A DNA stretch of 64,000 bases, from NCBI GenBank assembly GCA_965215565.1, contig CBDCDZ010000004.1:1248001-1312000 (forward strand), in the 5' to 3' direction. A program made the translations under genes and the position numbers. Positions 18,930 through 29,222 of this stretch are shown in pieces. This DNA is from Trueperaceae bacterium. GTDB taxonomy: Bacteria > Deinococcota > Deinococci > Deinococcales > Trueperaceae. Positions within the stretch are counted from its first letter, which is position 1. The number at the start of each line of letters is the position of its first letter. Below the pieces are notes generated by a model, which saw nothing but the letters and a program-made list of their open reading frames with translations, was not told the origin of the DNA and searched no databases.

Positions 18930-20714
18930 TCACTCGCGACCGCTACGCGCTGTTTCCTGCACCTCGAGGAGGAGGCTACTTAGCGCCTCAGCAAGCACCT
19001 CAGGGTGATCCTCGGGCGTGAAATGCTTGCCTCCCTCGATACGCTGGAGAGTCGTCCCTAGGTCACGCGCGAACCGCTCACCGTAGCGGACCTTCTGGAA
19101 CTGGTCGGCTGCGCCCCAGACCACCCTGGCAGGGACACGCAGTTGGGACAGAGCGTCCTGCACGTTCAAGGTGTCCTTCACATCGAGTGAGCGAACTTGA
19201 CGTATAAACGCTTCTCCTGCATCCTGGCGTGCATAGTGTTGCCAGTGAACCGCAAACGCCTCCCGCGCCTCCGCTACGTCATCATGCCCAAGGCGAAAGA
19301 GCAACCAGTGTATCAGCTTAACAGCGGGGTTCGGCAGTCGGCGGATAAGACCGCCTAAAGCCCGAATAGCCTCCACCTCCGGGATAGGCCAAGAGTCGTA
19401 GCCGATGGCGTTGGTGAGCATGAGCCCCGCGCACCGCTCTGGATGGCGGACAGCCAAGTTTTGAACTACACCTCCGCCCAAATCGTGCCCGACCAGCACA
19501 GCGCGTTCTATAGCGAGGTGATTCAGCCAAGCGGCGAGGTAGTCCGCTTGCTTCGCAACCGAGATGTCGCGACCCTCTCCCTCAGATATAGATTTTCCGT
19601 AACCAATCATCTCCCACGCTAAGGTGCGGGCACCAAGGCGCGGCATCACCTCTCGCCACAGCTCGGGGGAGGTAGGAATGCCGTGTACAAATACCACTGG
19701 CCGACCCTGCCCGTGCTCGAGCCAGCGCATCCTGATACCATCAATCACAGCAGTTCTTTCGGCGAGGGCAGTTACTTCGGTATGACGTGCACTATCCGGC
19801 GAACGCAGCACTGCTCTGATGAGCGCTGCAGCAGCTATCCCTAGAACAGCCGTCAGCACCCCCCAAGCGACCCGCCTCGGCAGCGGGTCGGGTACAGGCG
19901 GTGGTAACGCCACGCCCCCCCGTGCGTCGGTGCGGGCTGGGCTGTGGGCGTAACGTCCCCGTTGCGGCGGCGAGAAGTTGGCGGCAAAGTGCCTTAGCCG
20001 CGTCGCCAACTCAGGTCCAGACAAGGACCTGCCGTGACCCGCCGCGAGGGTAAAGGGCTCGAGTTCAGCGAGGCTCGAGACCGAACGTCGAGCTGCGACC
20101 CAGTCAGGCGTAAAGGGCGTAGGCGGGCGGCTCAGCTCGCGCGCGTGTGTAAGCTGGGATGTCCAAGAATCCAGGTTCATCGTAGCGAGCGCGTCGCCCG
20201 CGATGAGGGTCCGGTCCGCCTCGCGCCACAAGGACACATGACCGGGTGTGTGACCCGGCGTGTGAACCGCACGCCACCCCGGTAGCCCCGGTACGCTGCC
20301 GTTCGTCGGGAGGGGCTGCACCCGAACACCGAAATCGTAACCGCGGTGCGGGAAGGCTCGAGACATCATCGCGAGTGCGCCGCCCACGGTCGGGTCTTGC
20401 GGCGGGTAGTCCGACGCGCCTGTCAAGTAGGACAGCTCGAGCAAATGTGCGTAGATAGGAACGTCCCAGGTCCTGGCTAACTCGAGCGCCGTGCCCGCGT
20501 GGTCAAAGTGTCCATGGGTGAGCACGATGGCTTCAGGCTTAGCGCTCTGACCGTAGCGCTCTTCAGCCGCCTTGCGAAGATAGCGCTCTGAGTCGGGCAG
20601 CCCCGTATCGACCAAGACCCAGCCCCCCTGCGGCGCACCAACCAGATAAGCGTTGACAAAGACTATGGGCACGCGCACGACGCCCGGCGCGACCGGTTCT
20701 GTTCTGACGTTCAT
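18930..20714 (-). CDS. MBL-fold metallo-hydrolase fused via a hydrophobic helix to an alpha/beta hydrolase
   Basis: THGHFDH and HTPGH; then HGIPTS, GHDLGGG, GKHF. Confidence 0.8.
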   Translation of the reverse strand: MNVRTEPVAPGVVRVPIVFVNAYLVGAPQGGWVLVDTGLPDSERYLRKAAEERYGQSAKPEAIVLTHGHFDHAGTALELARTWDVPIYAHLLELSYLTGASDYPPQDPTVGGALAMMSRAFPHRGYDFGVRVQPLPTNGSVPGLPGWRAVHTPGHTPGHVSLWREADRTLIAGDALATMNLDSWTSQLTHARELSRPPTPFTPDWVAARRSVSSLAELEPFTLAAGHGRSLSGPELATRLRHFAANFSPPQRGRYAHSPARTDARGGVALPPPVPDPLPRRVAWGVLTAVLGIAAAALIRAVLRSPDSARHTEVTALAERTAVIDGIRMRWLEHGQGRPVVFVHGIPTSPELWREVMPRLGARTLAWEMIGYGKSISEGEGRDISVAKQADYLAAWLNHLAIERAVLVGHDLGGGVVQNLAVRHPERCAGLMLTNAIGYDSWPIPEVEAIRALGGLIRRLPNPAVKLIHWLLFRLGHDDVAEAREAFAVHWQHYARQDAGEAFIRQVRSLDVKDTLNVQDALSQLRVPARVVWGAADQFQKVRYGERFARDLGTTLQRIEGGKHFTPEDHPEVLAEALSSLLLEVQETARSGRE

Positions 20715-20807
20715 ACTCTTTCCCCCTCGAGTCAAGGGTGACACCTGAAGCGCGGTTTGGAACTTAAAACTTGTAGCTTCAGCAAAGACCCTAAGATAAC
20801 GTTGCAC

Positions 20808-20969
20808 TAGCAGGTATCATCTGGTCAGAAACGCTCTTATCTTACAAAACAATGTTTAGCACATACTTTAAGGGACGACGCCTTTGGCGTTGCCAAAACT
20901 TCCGTCTCCCGCCTTTGGCGGAAGCCTACGGAAAGCGCTCAACTGTTTCAATACGTCGTGGAACTACTA
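20808..20969 (+). mobile_element. MITE-like repeat family A copy
   Basis: TAGCAGGTATCATCTGGTCAG...GTCGTGGAACTACTA. Confidence 0.8.
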
Positions 20970-21086
20970 CACATAGCAAAGATTTATCACCATGAAGTGC
21001 GATCGAAAAAGGCGAGGCAGCCTCTAACTGCTTCGCCTCCCGTCTTTTGGTAGGAACTGAGCCGCGATACCTCCTAAAGCCGCGTT

Positions 21087-22646
21087 CTAATCGCCGCTCA
21101 CACTGATATCTCCGCGCATACTCCCCGTGTGCACACCGCAGTTGTAGCGCTGCAATTCATCCGCCAACTCAGCCGTGAGTGTAAAAATGATGTAGTCATC
21201 TTCAGTTTGGAAATTCACCGCGTCGTCGTCTTCGAAGCTGCCTGTCAGCGCATTCTGGGCGAGCAAGAGGTTCTCGTCCCCCTCGCCGTTTAGCTCGAAA
21301 GGGTGTACGTCGCTGTTGACGCCGCTCAGGTCGAACTGGTAGCGCGTGCCGACCTCGAGCTGCAACGCCGCGTTCTCCTCACCCGTCTCGGCGAAGTCGT
21401 CCGCCCCCTCAACCGAGGTCACTTGCCACGCGGTTGTCCCGACGTTAGTAAAGGTCGCGGTAACGTCCGGCTCTTCATTCTCACCGTCACCCGGTTCGCT
21501 CGGCTCTTCCGGTTCGCTCGGCTCGGCTTCACTCAGTTGAGCACGCAGCTCGCCGTCTTGGTAGTTCTCGGTGTGCACATTGATGTAGTAACCGCCCGCT
21601 CTAAAGACCGCTTGCTCGTCGGTAGAGAGCCGCTGGGTGAGTGAGAAGCTGCCGCCTTGCGCGTCGTCATCGGCGGAAACCTCTAAAGGAAAGGCAATCG
21701 GACCGTTTTCGCCCGCATCGCCTACATGGATATGTGCGGGGCTACCGTCCACGTCGTAGAGGTCGCTTGAAAGGTCGTCAAAGTCACCCGTCACGTTGAG
21801 GGTGTTGCCTTCTAAGGTCGCCGTCGCGCTGCCGCTCGCGTCCGTATCCACCGAAGGAACTTCGGAGCTGCCCGCCAGTTCGACCTCGTAGGTCACATCG
21901 TCTTCGCTCGGCTGATCGTCGCTCAGTTGCCCGCGCAGTTCGCCGCCATTAAAGGCGTCTGTATGGAAGTTGATGTAGTAGCCGCCCGCCTCGAGCGTCG
22001 CAATCTCGTCTACGGTAAGAGTTTGCTCGCCCGTAAACGAACCGCTCCGCCGCCCCTCGTCCAGTTTGACATTCAGCGCGAAGAAGATGTCGCCGTTCTT
22101 GCCCGCTTTGCCAAAATGGATGTGTGAGGGGCTGCCGTCAATGGGAAAGGGGTCGCCCTCCAAGTCGTAAAAGTTGCCGTTCACGGTGAGGGTGTCGCCG
22201 ATGAGCGTGGCGCTCGCCGTGCCGTAGGCGCTTGTCTCGATGGGCGGCACTTCGTTCTCGCCGGAGAGGACGATATTTCTGTACGTGAGCGTCTTCTCCG
22301 CTGGCTCGCCACTCTGACCGCTCACCTCGACAACTAAGGAGCGGTTGCGCGTGCCTCGGTTGTTGTTGGCGATGAGCATGTATTCGGTGGTTTCGGTCGG
22401 GTTCACGGTGACACTGCTGCGCCCTGTCACGTCGCCGATGCCCGGTAAGAGGGTGAGGGTGATGGGGCTCGAGCCGCTCACCTGCCAGTTCAGAGTCGTG
22501 TTTTCACCCGCGCTGATGGTGCTCTCCGAGGCGGTAAAGGTCGCGATGGTGGGCGCAGTAAAGCGCGGCAGGGCGTCGCCGAGACCCAAATCGCAGGCAG
22601 TCAGTAAGAGCGTAAGTAAGACAGTACTATAGAGTGCTCGTTTCAT
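21087..22646 (-). CDS. Lipoprotein: Ig-like domain, two CHRD domains, C-terminal cupredoxin-like domain
   Basis: LTAC lipobox; twice HIH...GYYIN.HT...GELR.QL; HPFEL...YNCGVHTGSMRG. Confidence 0.75.
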   Translation of the reverse strand: MKRALYSTVLLTLLLTACDLGLGDALPRFTAPTIATFTASESTISAGENTTLNWQVSGSSPITLTLLPGIGDVTGRSSVTVNPTETTEYMLIANNNRGTRNRSLVVEVSGQSGEPAEKTLTYRNIVLSGENEVPPIETSAYGTASATLIGDTLTVNGNFYDLEGDPFPIDGSPSHIHFGKAGKNGDIFFALNVKLDEGRRSGSFTGEQTLTVDEIATLEAGGYYINFHTDAFNGGELRGQLSDDQPSEDDVTYEVELAGSSEVPSVDTDASGSATATLEGNTLNVTGDFDDLSSDLYDVDGSPAHIHVGDAGENGPIAFPLEVSADDDAQGGSFSLTQRLSTDEQAVFRAGGYYINVHTENYQDGELRAQLSEAEPSEPEEPSEPGDGENEEPDVTATFTNVGTTAWQVTSVEGADDFAETGEENAALQLEVGTRYQFDLSGVNSDVHPFELNGEGDENLLLAQNALTGSFEDDDAVNFQTEDDYIIFTLTAELADELQRYNCGVHTGSMRGDISVSGD

Positions 22647-22673
22647 CTTTTCTCCTTCTTGTTAGCTAGAACG

Positions 22674-22718
22674 AAAAAGGGGCAGAGGGCACGGGGAGGC
22701 CGTGCGCCCTCTGCCTTG
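22674..22718 (-). terminator. Probable intrinsic terminator
   Basis: ggcagagggcacg/cgtgcgccctctgcc stem followed by a U tract on the minus strand. Confidence 0.55.
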
Positions 22719-22729
22719 CTATTTAACGT

Positions 22730-24262
22730 TTAGTCGTCGTCTTCAGCCGTTATCGTGACCGTAACCTTCGCCGTCGCGCTGTAGTCGCCGTAGTAGAAGG
22801 TGTACTCGTACTCATCTTGCGGATAGTAGGTATCTTCATTGGGCTCGTACTCGATGTAGTCGTAGTCGTCGGAGACTTCAACCTTGCCGTAGAGCGGCGC
22901 TTTGGTGACTTCTACGCGGAGTTGATCCTTGGAAACGTAGTACATGTCATTCGACAGTACGTCGGTCTCGACAGACTCACCCTGTTCGGTCTGAGCGCTG
23001 TCGTCGTTCGCTTGCGGCCTCTTGTCTTCATCAGCTTGGTTGATTTTGACCGTGACCTTAGCGGTTGCACTGTACTCGCCGTAATAGAGCGTGTACTCGT
23101 AGGAATCTTCCGGGTAGTAGGTCGAGCTAGGAGTGTAGGTGATGTACTCGTAAGAGTTGAAGACCTCTGCTTTACCGTACTGCGGAGCCTTCGTGACCTC
23201 TAAACGAATCTCGCTCTTGTCTACGTAGTATTCGTCGTTCTCGAGCACGTCCGTATTGACTGATTCACCTTGCTTGGTCTCAGCGTTGTCGTCGTTCGCC
23301 TTAGGCTCTTTCTCCTCCTCGACCTTGTTAATGACAACAGTCACGGTCGCCGTCGCGCTGTATTCGCCGTAATAGAAGGTGTACTCGAACGAATCTTCCG
23401 GGTAGTACGTCTCAGCGGGCGTATAGGTTACGTACTCGTAAGAGTTGAAAACTTCCGCCTCACCGTACTGGGGCGCTTTGGTGATTTCGATGCGAATCTC
23501 TTCTTTAGGGACGTAGTAGCTGTCGTTGGAGAGCACGTCGATGTTGATGGGCTCGCCCTGGTCGGTGGTGGCGCGGTAATCACGGGCTTCGGGCTTTTGC
23601 TCCTCACCCTGCCGGTTGATGGATATGGTGACGGTGGCGCTCACCGCGTACTCGCCATAGTAGAGCGTATATTCGTAGGAGTCTTGCGGCTGATAGTCAC
23701 CGCTCGGCATGTAGGTGATGTACTCGTAGCCGCCCACGACCTCGGTGCTGCCGTACTGCGGCGCTTTGGTGACCTCTAAGCGGACTTGGCTCTTATCGAC
23801 GTAGTACTCGTCATTGGCGAGCACGTCCGTGTTGACGGAGCTGCCCTCTTGAGTGGTGGCGGTGTCGTCAACAGCTTTGGGCTCCTCTGCGGGCTCCGGC
23901 TGCTGGTTCTCTCCGCTCACGGTGATGGTAATGCTCCGCTCGCGCGTGCCCCGGTTGTTGTTCGCGGTGAGCTTGTAGGTCGTCGTCTCGGTTGGGCTGA
24001 CCGTCACGCTGCTGCGTCCGGTTACGTCGCCGGGCTCGGGCGTGAGGGTCAGGGTGACGGGACTCGAGCCGCTCACCTGCCAGGTCAGCACGGTGCTTTC
24101 GCCAGCAGCGATGGTGTCGTCTGAGGCGGTCAAGGTCGCAATCGTCGGCGCTTCGAAGCGGGGCAAGGCGTCGCCTAAGCCCAAGTCACAAGCGGTGAGG
24201 AAGAGGAGTAGCGGAGCGAAGAAGATGCTCAGGCGTCTTGTGAGTTTCGCGTTTTGTTTCAT
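22730..24262 (-). CDS. Lipoprotein with four Tyr-rich Big_9/cadherin-like Ig repeats
   Basis: LTAC lipobox; 4x P.A.DD.A.T.QG..V..DVL.ND...YG...Y.P...D.YEYT. Confidence 0.8.
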   Translation of the reverse strand: MKQNAKLTRRLSIFFAPLLLFLTACDLGLGDALPRFEAPTIATLTASDDTIAAGESTVLTWQVSGSSPVTLTLTPEPGDVTGRSSVTVSPTETTTYKLTANNNRGTRERSITITVSGENQQPEPAEEPKAVDDTATTQEGSSVNTDVLANDEYYVDKSQVRLEVTKAPQYGSTEVVGGYEYITYMPSGDYQPQDSYEYTLYYGEYAVSATVTISINRQGEEQKPEARDYRATTDQGEPINIDVLSNDSYYVPKEEIRIEITKAPQYGEAEVFNSYEYVTYTPAETYYPEDSFEYTFYYGEYSATATVTVVINKVEEEKEPKANDDNAETKQGESVNTDVLENDEYYVDKSEIRLEVTKAPQYGKAEVFNSYEYITYTPSSTYYPEDSYEYTLYYGEYSATAKVTVKINQADEDKRPQANDDSAQTEQGESVETDVLSNDMYYVSKDQLRVEVTKAPLYGKVEVSDDYDYIEYEPNEDTYYPQDEYEYTFYYGDYSATAKVTVTITAEDDD

Positions 24263-24332
24263 CTTTAGTCTCCCTAAGAGGATTCGAGTTGGTTGTCCGG
24301 TTTATTATCTAGACGGCAAAAGAATTTGAAGG

Positions 24333-24809
24333 TCAGTCGATCTGCCCGCGCAGCTCGCCCGCAGGGTTGCTCTGCGAGTGCAGATTGATGTAGTAAAGAC
24401 CCGCTTTGAGGTCGTCCACTTGTGCGTCGGTGAGTTCCGTGCGCAGCTTGAACGCACCCGTGCGCTTTTCGGGTTGGACGAGGTCGAGTTTGAGCAAGAT
24501 GGGTCCGTTCGTCCCCTCCGCGCCTCTATGGATGTGCGCAGGCGTGCCTGCTACAAACCTCGGATCGGAGCTGAGCTTTTTATAGGTGCCGTTGACGATG
24601 AGGCGGTTACCTTTGAGGATGACAGTCGCCCTGCCTGAAGCGTCGCTCGTGACGGCGCTGCCGTCCGCACGGACTTCGTTCTCGCTCGAGAGGTCCACCT
24701 TAAAGACGTGCGGGGCGGCGGTCGTCTCTAGCTGGGTGGTCGCAACCTCACCGCAGGCGCTGAGTACGAAAAGTAGAACAGCGCTTACGACGATGTACGG
24801 TATCTTCAT
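24333..24809 (-). CDS. CHRD-domain lipoprotein
   Basis: LSAC lipobox, AHIHRG, YYINLHS, GELRGQI. Confidence 0.85.
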   Translation of the reverse strand: MKIPYIVVSAVLLFVLSACGEVATTQLETTAAPHVFKVDLSSENEVRADGSAVTSDASGRATVILKGNRLIVNGTYKKLSSDPRFVAGTPAHIHRGAEGTNGPILLKLDLVQPEKRTGAFKLRTELTDAQVDDLKAGLYYINLHSQSNPAGELRGQID

Positions 24810-25165
24810 CTTGTTTCCTTTCTGAACTAGACTTGAGGTTTTTCACAACCTGGCTTGAAGTAGCGTTCTATATGAAATTACTCATTGACATCCCCCTCTA
24901 TAAGAAGAGACGTACAGAAATGCCAACTGTATGCATCTATTGAGAAAGGGTGAAGGTGCAGCAATAAAAGGCGTGACGAATGCACGTCCGTCACGCGAAA
25001 AATCGAGTAAAACTGTGACTGAACTGAAAGGGTTAAAGTTGGAACTTGACCTTAATAAAATCTTAATGAAGTTTGAAACCTTCCCCACGAAGCAGCGTTA
25101 GTTCTGTAGGGGTACTCAGCGGTGCAAAGGGTGAAGGAACACTTCATGAATAGAGCGTCGGCACG

Positions 25166-25198
25166 AAAAAAGCACTGCGGCTTGACCGCAGTGCTTTT
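25166..25198. terminator. Bidirectional intrinsic terminator
   Basis: aaaaaagcactgcgg-cttga-ccgcagtgctttt. Confidence 0.65.
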
Positions 25199-25216
25199 AG
25201 CTACTAAAGAATCAGC

Positions 25217-26335
25217 TTATGGCGTGTCGGATGCAGGCAGCATCAGCAGCGACTCCGGCTTAACGACGGTGAGCGCACCCGTAGGCGCGAGGTCCACCGC
25301 GCCGGACAGCGCCAGTACGTCCTCAAAGCGCAACACCGCGTCGAGCGCCTTCTCGCCCACGTAGATGTCTGAGCCGTCGAAGGCTAAATCCGAGGGGTTG
25401 CCCAACCCTGAGTTCGGTCCGGCAATCTGCGCCTTCACCTCGGTTTCGCCGTCGGCGCTACTGGCGTTCTCGATGAAGAGGAGCTTGCCGTCCGTGTTGA
25501 AGCCTGGCTCATCGGAGTCCTTGGCGGGACCGAAGTCTGCGACAACGAGAATGTCCTCTTCCGGCAAGTAGAGGATGCCGTGTAGGTTTGCAGACGCCTG
25601 CTCACCTTTAAATGTCGGCACGATGACGCGGTCTGCGCCGCCCTGACCGCGCCCTAACAAGTAGTCGTCGAATACCAGCACGACGCCGTCCGTCATCGCC
25701 ACGAAGAGCCGACCCTGCGCCTCGTCCACCTCGACACCCCACGGCTGACGCGGCTCGCCCGCCTCAGTCTGCCCCAGATTGGTGATGTCGAAAAGGGGTG
25801 CGGCGTCGCCGCTCGCGCTCGTGTCGAAACCTTTCACTGTGCTCGTTGCGAAGTCCGCGACCACAGCCACGCCCAGATTGCCGTCCACCGCCAACCCTTT
25901 AGGCTCGTCCAAGCCCGTCCGGGGTCCGCTGATGCGCCTGTCGCGCTGGGGGTTAAAGGTCATCTCGCCCGTAGCGCGTTCCGCGAAATTCGGTATGGCT
26001 AAGATGCCGCCGGGGGCGTCCTCCGTCTCGCCTACATCGTAGCTGAGAAAGCCGGTGCCGTTATCCGCGAAGCGGAGATATTCCAGGCTCAGCACCTCCT
26101 CTAGGTTCAGCACTCCGGTAGCGACGGAGAGGTCAGGCTCAACGCTGAAGACCGCCGACACCGGGTCGGACTCGAGCACCGCGAGCGGCGGTTTGCTGAC
26201 CGCCCAGAGGGTTGACTCGCCCTGCGCCGATTCGTTCTGCGCCAAACCTACGGGTAGTGAGAGCGAAAAGCTCATCACAAGTAGCGTCTTCGAGACTTGT
26301 CCGAACAGGGACGTGAAATTTTGAGGTGGATACAT
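25217..26335 (-). CDS. Secreted acidic beta-propeller (NHL-like) protein
   Basis: Signal peptide; repeats GLDEPKGLAVD, QPWGVEVD, GLGNPSDLAFDG. Confidence 0.6.
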   Translation of the reverse strand: MYPPQNFTSLFGQVSKTLLVMSFSLSLPVGLAQNESAQGESTLWAVSKPPLAVLESDPVSAVFSVEPDLSVATGVLNLEEVLSLEYLRFADNGTGFLSYDVGETEDAPGGILAIPNFAERATGEMTFNPQRDRRISGPRTGLDEPKGLAVDGNLGVAVVADFATSTVKGFDTSASGDAAPLFDITNLGQTEAGEPRQPWGVEVDEAQGRLFVAMTDGVVLVFDDYLLGRGQGGADRVIVPTFKGEQASANLHGILYLPEEDILVVADFGPAKDSDEPGFNTDGKLLFIENASSADGETEVKAQIAGPNSGLGNPSDLAFDGSDIYVGEKALDAVLRFEDVLALSGAVDLAPTGALTVVKPESLLMLPASDTP

Positions 26336-26480
26336 GGATTCCCCTTCTTAAACGTTTCGTTGATAGCGCCTATTCTATCCACATCTCACTGCCTTACCAA
26401 TGTATACGCACTCACGTTCCCTTCTCAATCAATCTCTCATGCAAGTTGTTCAGTCCTCTCACTTTGTGCTTTTGCCCCTG

Positions 26481-27599
26481 TCAGGGCGCGTCACTTTCTA
26501 CATTCAACGTGAGAACTCGCGACACCTCTTCCCCTTGCGCGGGGGTTGCGAGCAGCTCGAGGCGGTTTTCCCCCTCGCGAAGCCCCGACACGGTGAACAT
26601 GAAGCGTCCGCCTGAGAAGATAATCGGAACGCTTTCGCCACCGTTGAGGCGGTAGCGCAGCTCACGCACGCTGCTGTCTATTTGCCCGCGCACGATGGTC
26701 GAGGTCGCTTGTAAGGTCTCGCCGTCCGTTGGGCTCAGCAGCTCGAGCACGCCCACAGCCGAACCTGGCGCGGCGTCCGAAAGCGAGACGCGGCTCAGCG
26801 GGTCGGTCGGCTGCGGGCTGCCGCCGGGCGGCTCGAGGCTCAAGTAGAGCGACGCGAAGCCCTGCGTCGAAACCTCAAACACCTCGTCTCGCGACACCTC
26901 CAATGAGGTAAGCTGTTCGCTGCTCGAGGGCTCCCAATCGTCGTTGACGTGACCCCAAGCTTGGTAGACGCGCCCGCCGGGGGGCGGCTCGGCGAGGACG
27001 AAGAGGGCGCGGTTCTCGAGGTTGGCGTCTTGCGGTTCACCTCGCGCGACGAGCGTGTTGCCGATGAGGGTGTCCGACTCATCGTAGAGCGCCACGGCTT
27101 GCACCGTTCCGGCGCTCAAAAAGCGCGTGATGAGCGCCTGCTCAGCCCGCAGCGCTAGATTAGTGCGCCCAGTCTGATAGCCAAAGACCCCGGTGACGAG
27201 GAGCAGCGCGGCGCACGCGGCGATGAGCCAGGGGGCGATTTGGGGGCTCGAGGGGACAGGGTACGGGACACCCTGGCTCGGCGTTTCAGATGGCACACCT
27301 TTAGACGGCGTCTCTTCGTACGGTATAGCTCGGCGTGGAGGGAGCGTGAGGGTGTCGTCCGGGAAGGTCGGCTCACGCTCCTCGCGCAAGCGCTCAAAAA
27401 GGCGTTCGTGCGGGCGCTCGCTCGGGATCATCTCGGGCAGGGCGTCCACCCAATCCGCGAAGACTTGATCCAACTCTCTCACCTCCTCCATACACGCTTC
27501 GCAAGACGCCAGGTGCGCCTCGACTTGGGCGCGTTCCGCCTCGTCCAAAAGTCCGGCGGCGTAGTCTGGCAGGAGGTCTTTAGGATGATCCATCAGCAT
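26481..27599 (-). CDS. Anti-sigma factor (zinc-finger ZAS, TM helix, RskA-like domain, C-terminal Ig-like domain)
   Basis: HLASCEAC, TM helix, VYQAW, SLEPPGGSPQPT. Confidence 0.85.
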   Translation of the reverse strand: MLMDHPKDLLPDYAAGLLDEAERAQVEAHLASCEACMEEVRELDQVFADWVDALPEMIPSERPHERLFERLREEREPTFPDDTLTLPPRRAIPYEETPSKGVPSETPSQGVPYPVPSSPQIAPWLIAACAALLLVTGVFGYQTGRTNLALRAEQALITRFLSAGTVQAVALYDESDTLIGNTLVARGEPQDANLENRALFVLAEPPPGGRVYQAWGHVNDDWEPSSSEQLTSLEVSRDEVFEVSTQGFASLYLSLEPPGGSPQPTDPLSRVSLSDAAPGSAVGVLELLSPTDGETLQATSTIVRGQIDSSVRELRYRLNGGESVPIIFSGGRFMFTVSGLREGENRLELLATPAQGEEVSRVLTLNVESDAP

Positions 27600-28167
27600 C
27601 CTCCTCGCCTTCTACATCTTCTACGCCTTCTTTCATCACGTCGCGCAACTTCAAGATTGCCCGCCGTATCTTGCTCCTGACCGTGCCGAGCGGCTTTTGG
27701 GTGTGCTCGGCGAGTTCCGAGTAGCTGTACCCTCCGAAGTAGGCGTGCTCGATGAGTTGCCGCTCTTCGCCAGTTAGGTGCGCCAAGCCGCGCTCGAGCC
27801 AAATCTTGTCTGTCACCTCAAGTCCGAGGGACGCTTCAAAAGGTGCGCTCGGGTCGTAAACATCCCATTCCTCCGCATTGACGGGGCGCGAGCGCCGCCT
27901 GCGAAGTTTAGAGAGCGCCTCGTTGCGTGCCAAGGTGTAGATAAAGGGTCTCGGTGAGCGCTCCCGAATGTGAACGTCGTCTTTCATCGTGTACAGTTTG
28001 TAAAAGGTCTCCTGTAAGACCTCTTCAGCTTCCTCCCGGTTGCCTAGTAGCTTAAATGCCAAGGTGTAAACCTTGCCTTTGAGTCGGTGATAGAGTTCGT
28101 CAAGCGCGGCTTCGTCACCCTGACGGATGCGCGCGAGCAGTACAGCTTCGGGGTCCATGTGCCTCAA
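27580..28167 (-). CDS. ECF sigma-70 factor (SigK-like)
   Basis: AEEVLQE, AYFGGYSYSELA, PLGTVRSKIRRA; coupled to the anti-sigma gene. True start may be 28158. Confidence 0.9.
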   Translation of the reverse strand: MRHMDPEAVLLARIRQGDEAALDELYHRLKGKVYTLAFKLLGNREEAEEVLQETFYKLYTMKDDVHIRERSPRPFIYTLARNEALSKLRRRRSRPVNAEEWDVYDPSAPFEASLGLEVTDKIWLERGLAHLTGEERQLIEHAYFGGYSYSELAEHTQKPLGTVRSKIRRAILKLRDVMKEGVEDVEGEEDADGSS

Positions 28168-28677
28168 TGCTAGGGTTGGAGTCGTGCAACATTAATGAGT
28201 ATAGCAAGGGGACTCGTCGCGCTTTAGCGCGCGTGTCACGTCACTTTGGCGTGGAGTAGGGGTGGCGTGACACGCGCCGCGAGGCTCGAGCCGCTCCCAT
28301 TGGCAAAGAAAGAACGTTAGTAGTGTAGACATGTGCGCCTCCAAGAGAGCCCTTCACTCTAAGAGACGCGGCAAAGTATGATTTGTATGCGCAGTTCAGG
28401 ACAGGGATACTCAGTGCGAAGTATCGCTGTCCCTCTGCAGGTAGCGGTGTCGGGGCAGGTATGCCTGTGGTGCAAGGGGATGGGTTTTCAGCCTTGAGTA
28501 TTGATGTTTTCCCTGCATGAAGGACAGATAGCTACGTCTCTTCGGATTGTCCGGTATCTTCTCTCAGCATTTGCATCTGTTATTGGCACACTGCGAGCGT
28601 TCGTTGGTACTCGTATCCGCTCGGGCAAGGTTGACACAGGTGTGTCAACCTTGCCTGCAAACGCTATCTATAAGGCG

Positions 28678-29109
28678 TTATTTTCGGTATCTATGTAACG
28701 CTTCTGCAGCAGACACGCGCGTTTTGCGCATTACGAGGTCAGCCTCCATTTGGAGAAGTACAGTGCATTTCTTTCCTATTGACAGTTGACTGATTGCGTT
28801 TATTTTGACTCGCGCTGCTCGGTTGAGATTGTTGCGTAAGTCAGCGCGGATGTGGTCGCAAGGGACGACGCCTGCTTCGCGTAGCCTCAGGATGTCGCCG
28901 ATGTCAGCCAAGGTGAAGCCCAAAGCTTGGGCGCTGCGGATAAAGGCGACGCGCTGAGGGGTGTCTTGTGAGTAGTAGCGGTAGTTATTCGCGCCCCGCT
29001 CTGCTTTTAGGAGACCCTGGTCAGTCCAGTAGCGCAGGGTTTTGACGCGCTCGTGGGTCAAGGTGGCGAGGTCGCCGATACTGAGGGGCATAGCCCAAGC
29101 GTAGTTCAT
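28678..29109 (-). pseudogene. MerR-family heavy-metal regulator, C-terminus apparently replaced
   Basis: SIGDLA, TLRYW, NYRYY, FIRSAQALGFTLADI, PC; similarity is lost after about aa 95. Confidence 0.7.
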
Positions 29110-29222
29110 TCTGAGATGCAGTGCGTCTAAAGCCGTAACGAAAGCTCGTTTGATTTATTGGTCCATCCGCCAAATACGTGCAGGGTGTAGAGCAGGGTTC
29201 ACTTCACGAAGGAGGCCGCGCT

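Noticed and set aside
24900..24940. ECF promoter upstream of the CHRD genes
   Set aside because: A candidate GCATAC...CGTC exists on the minus strand, but no second matching instance supports a consensus.
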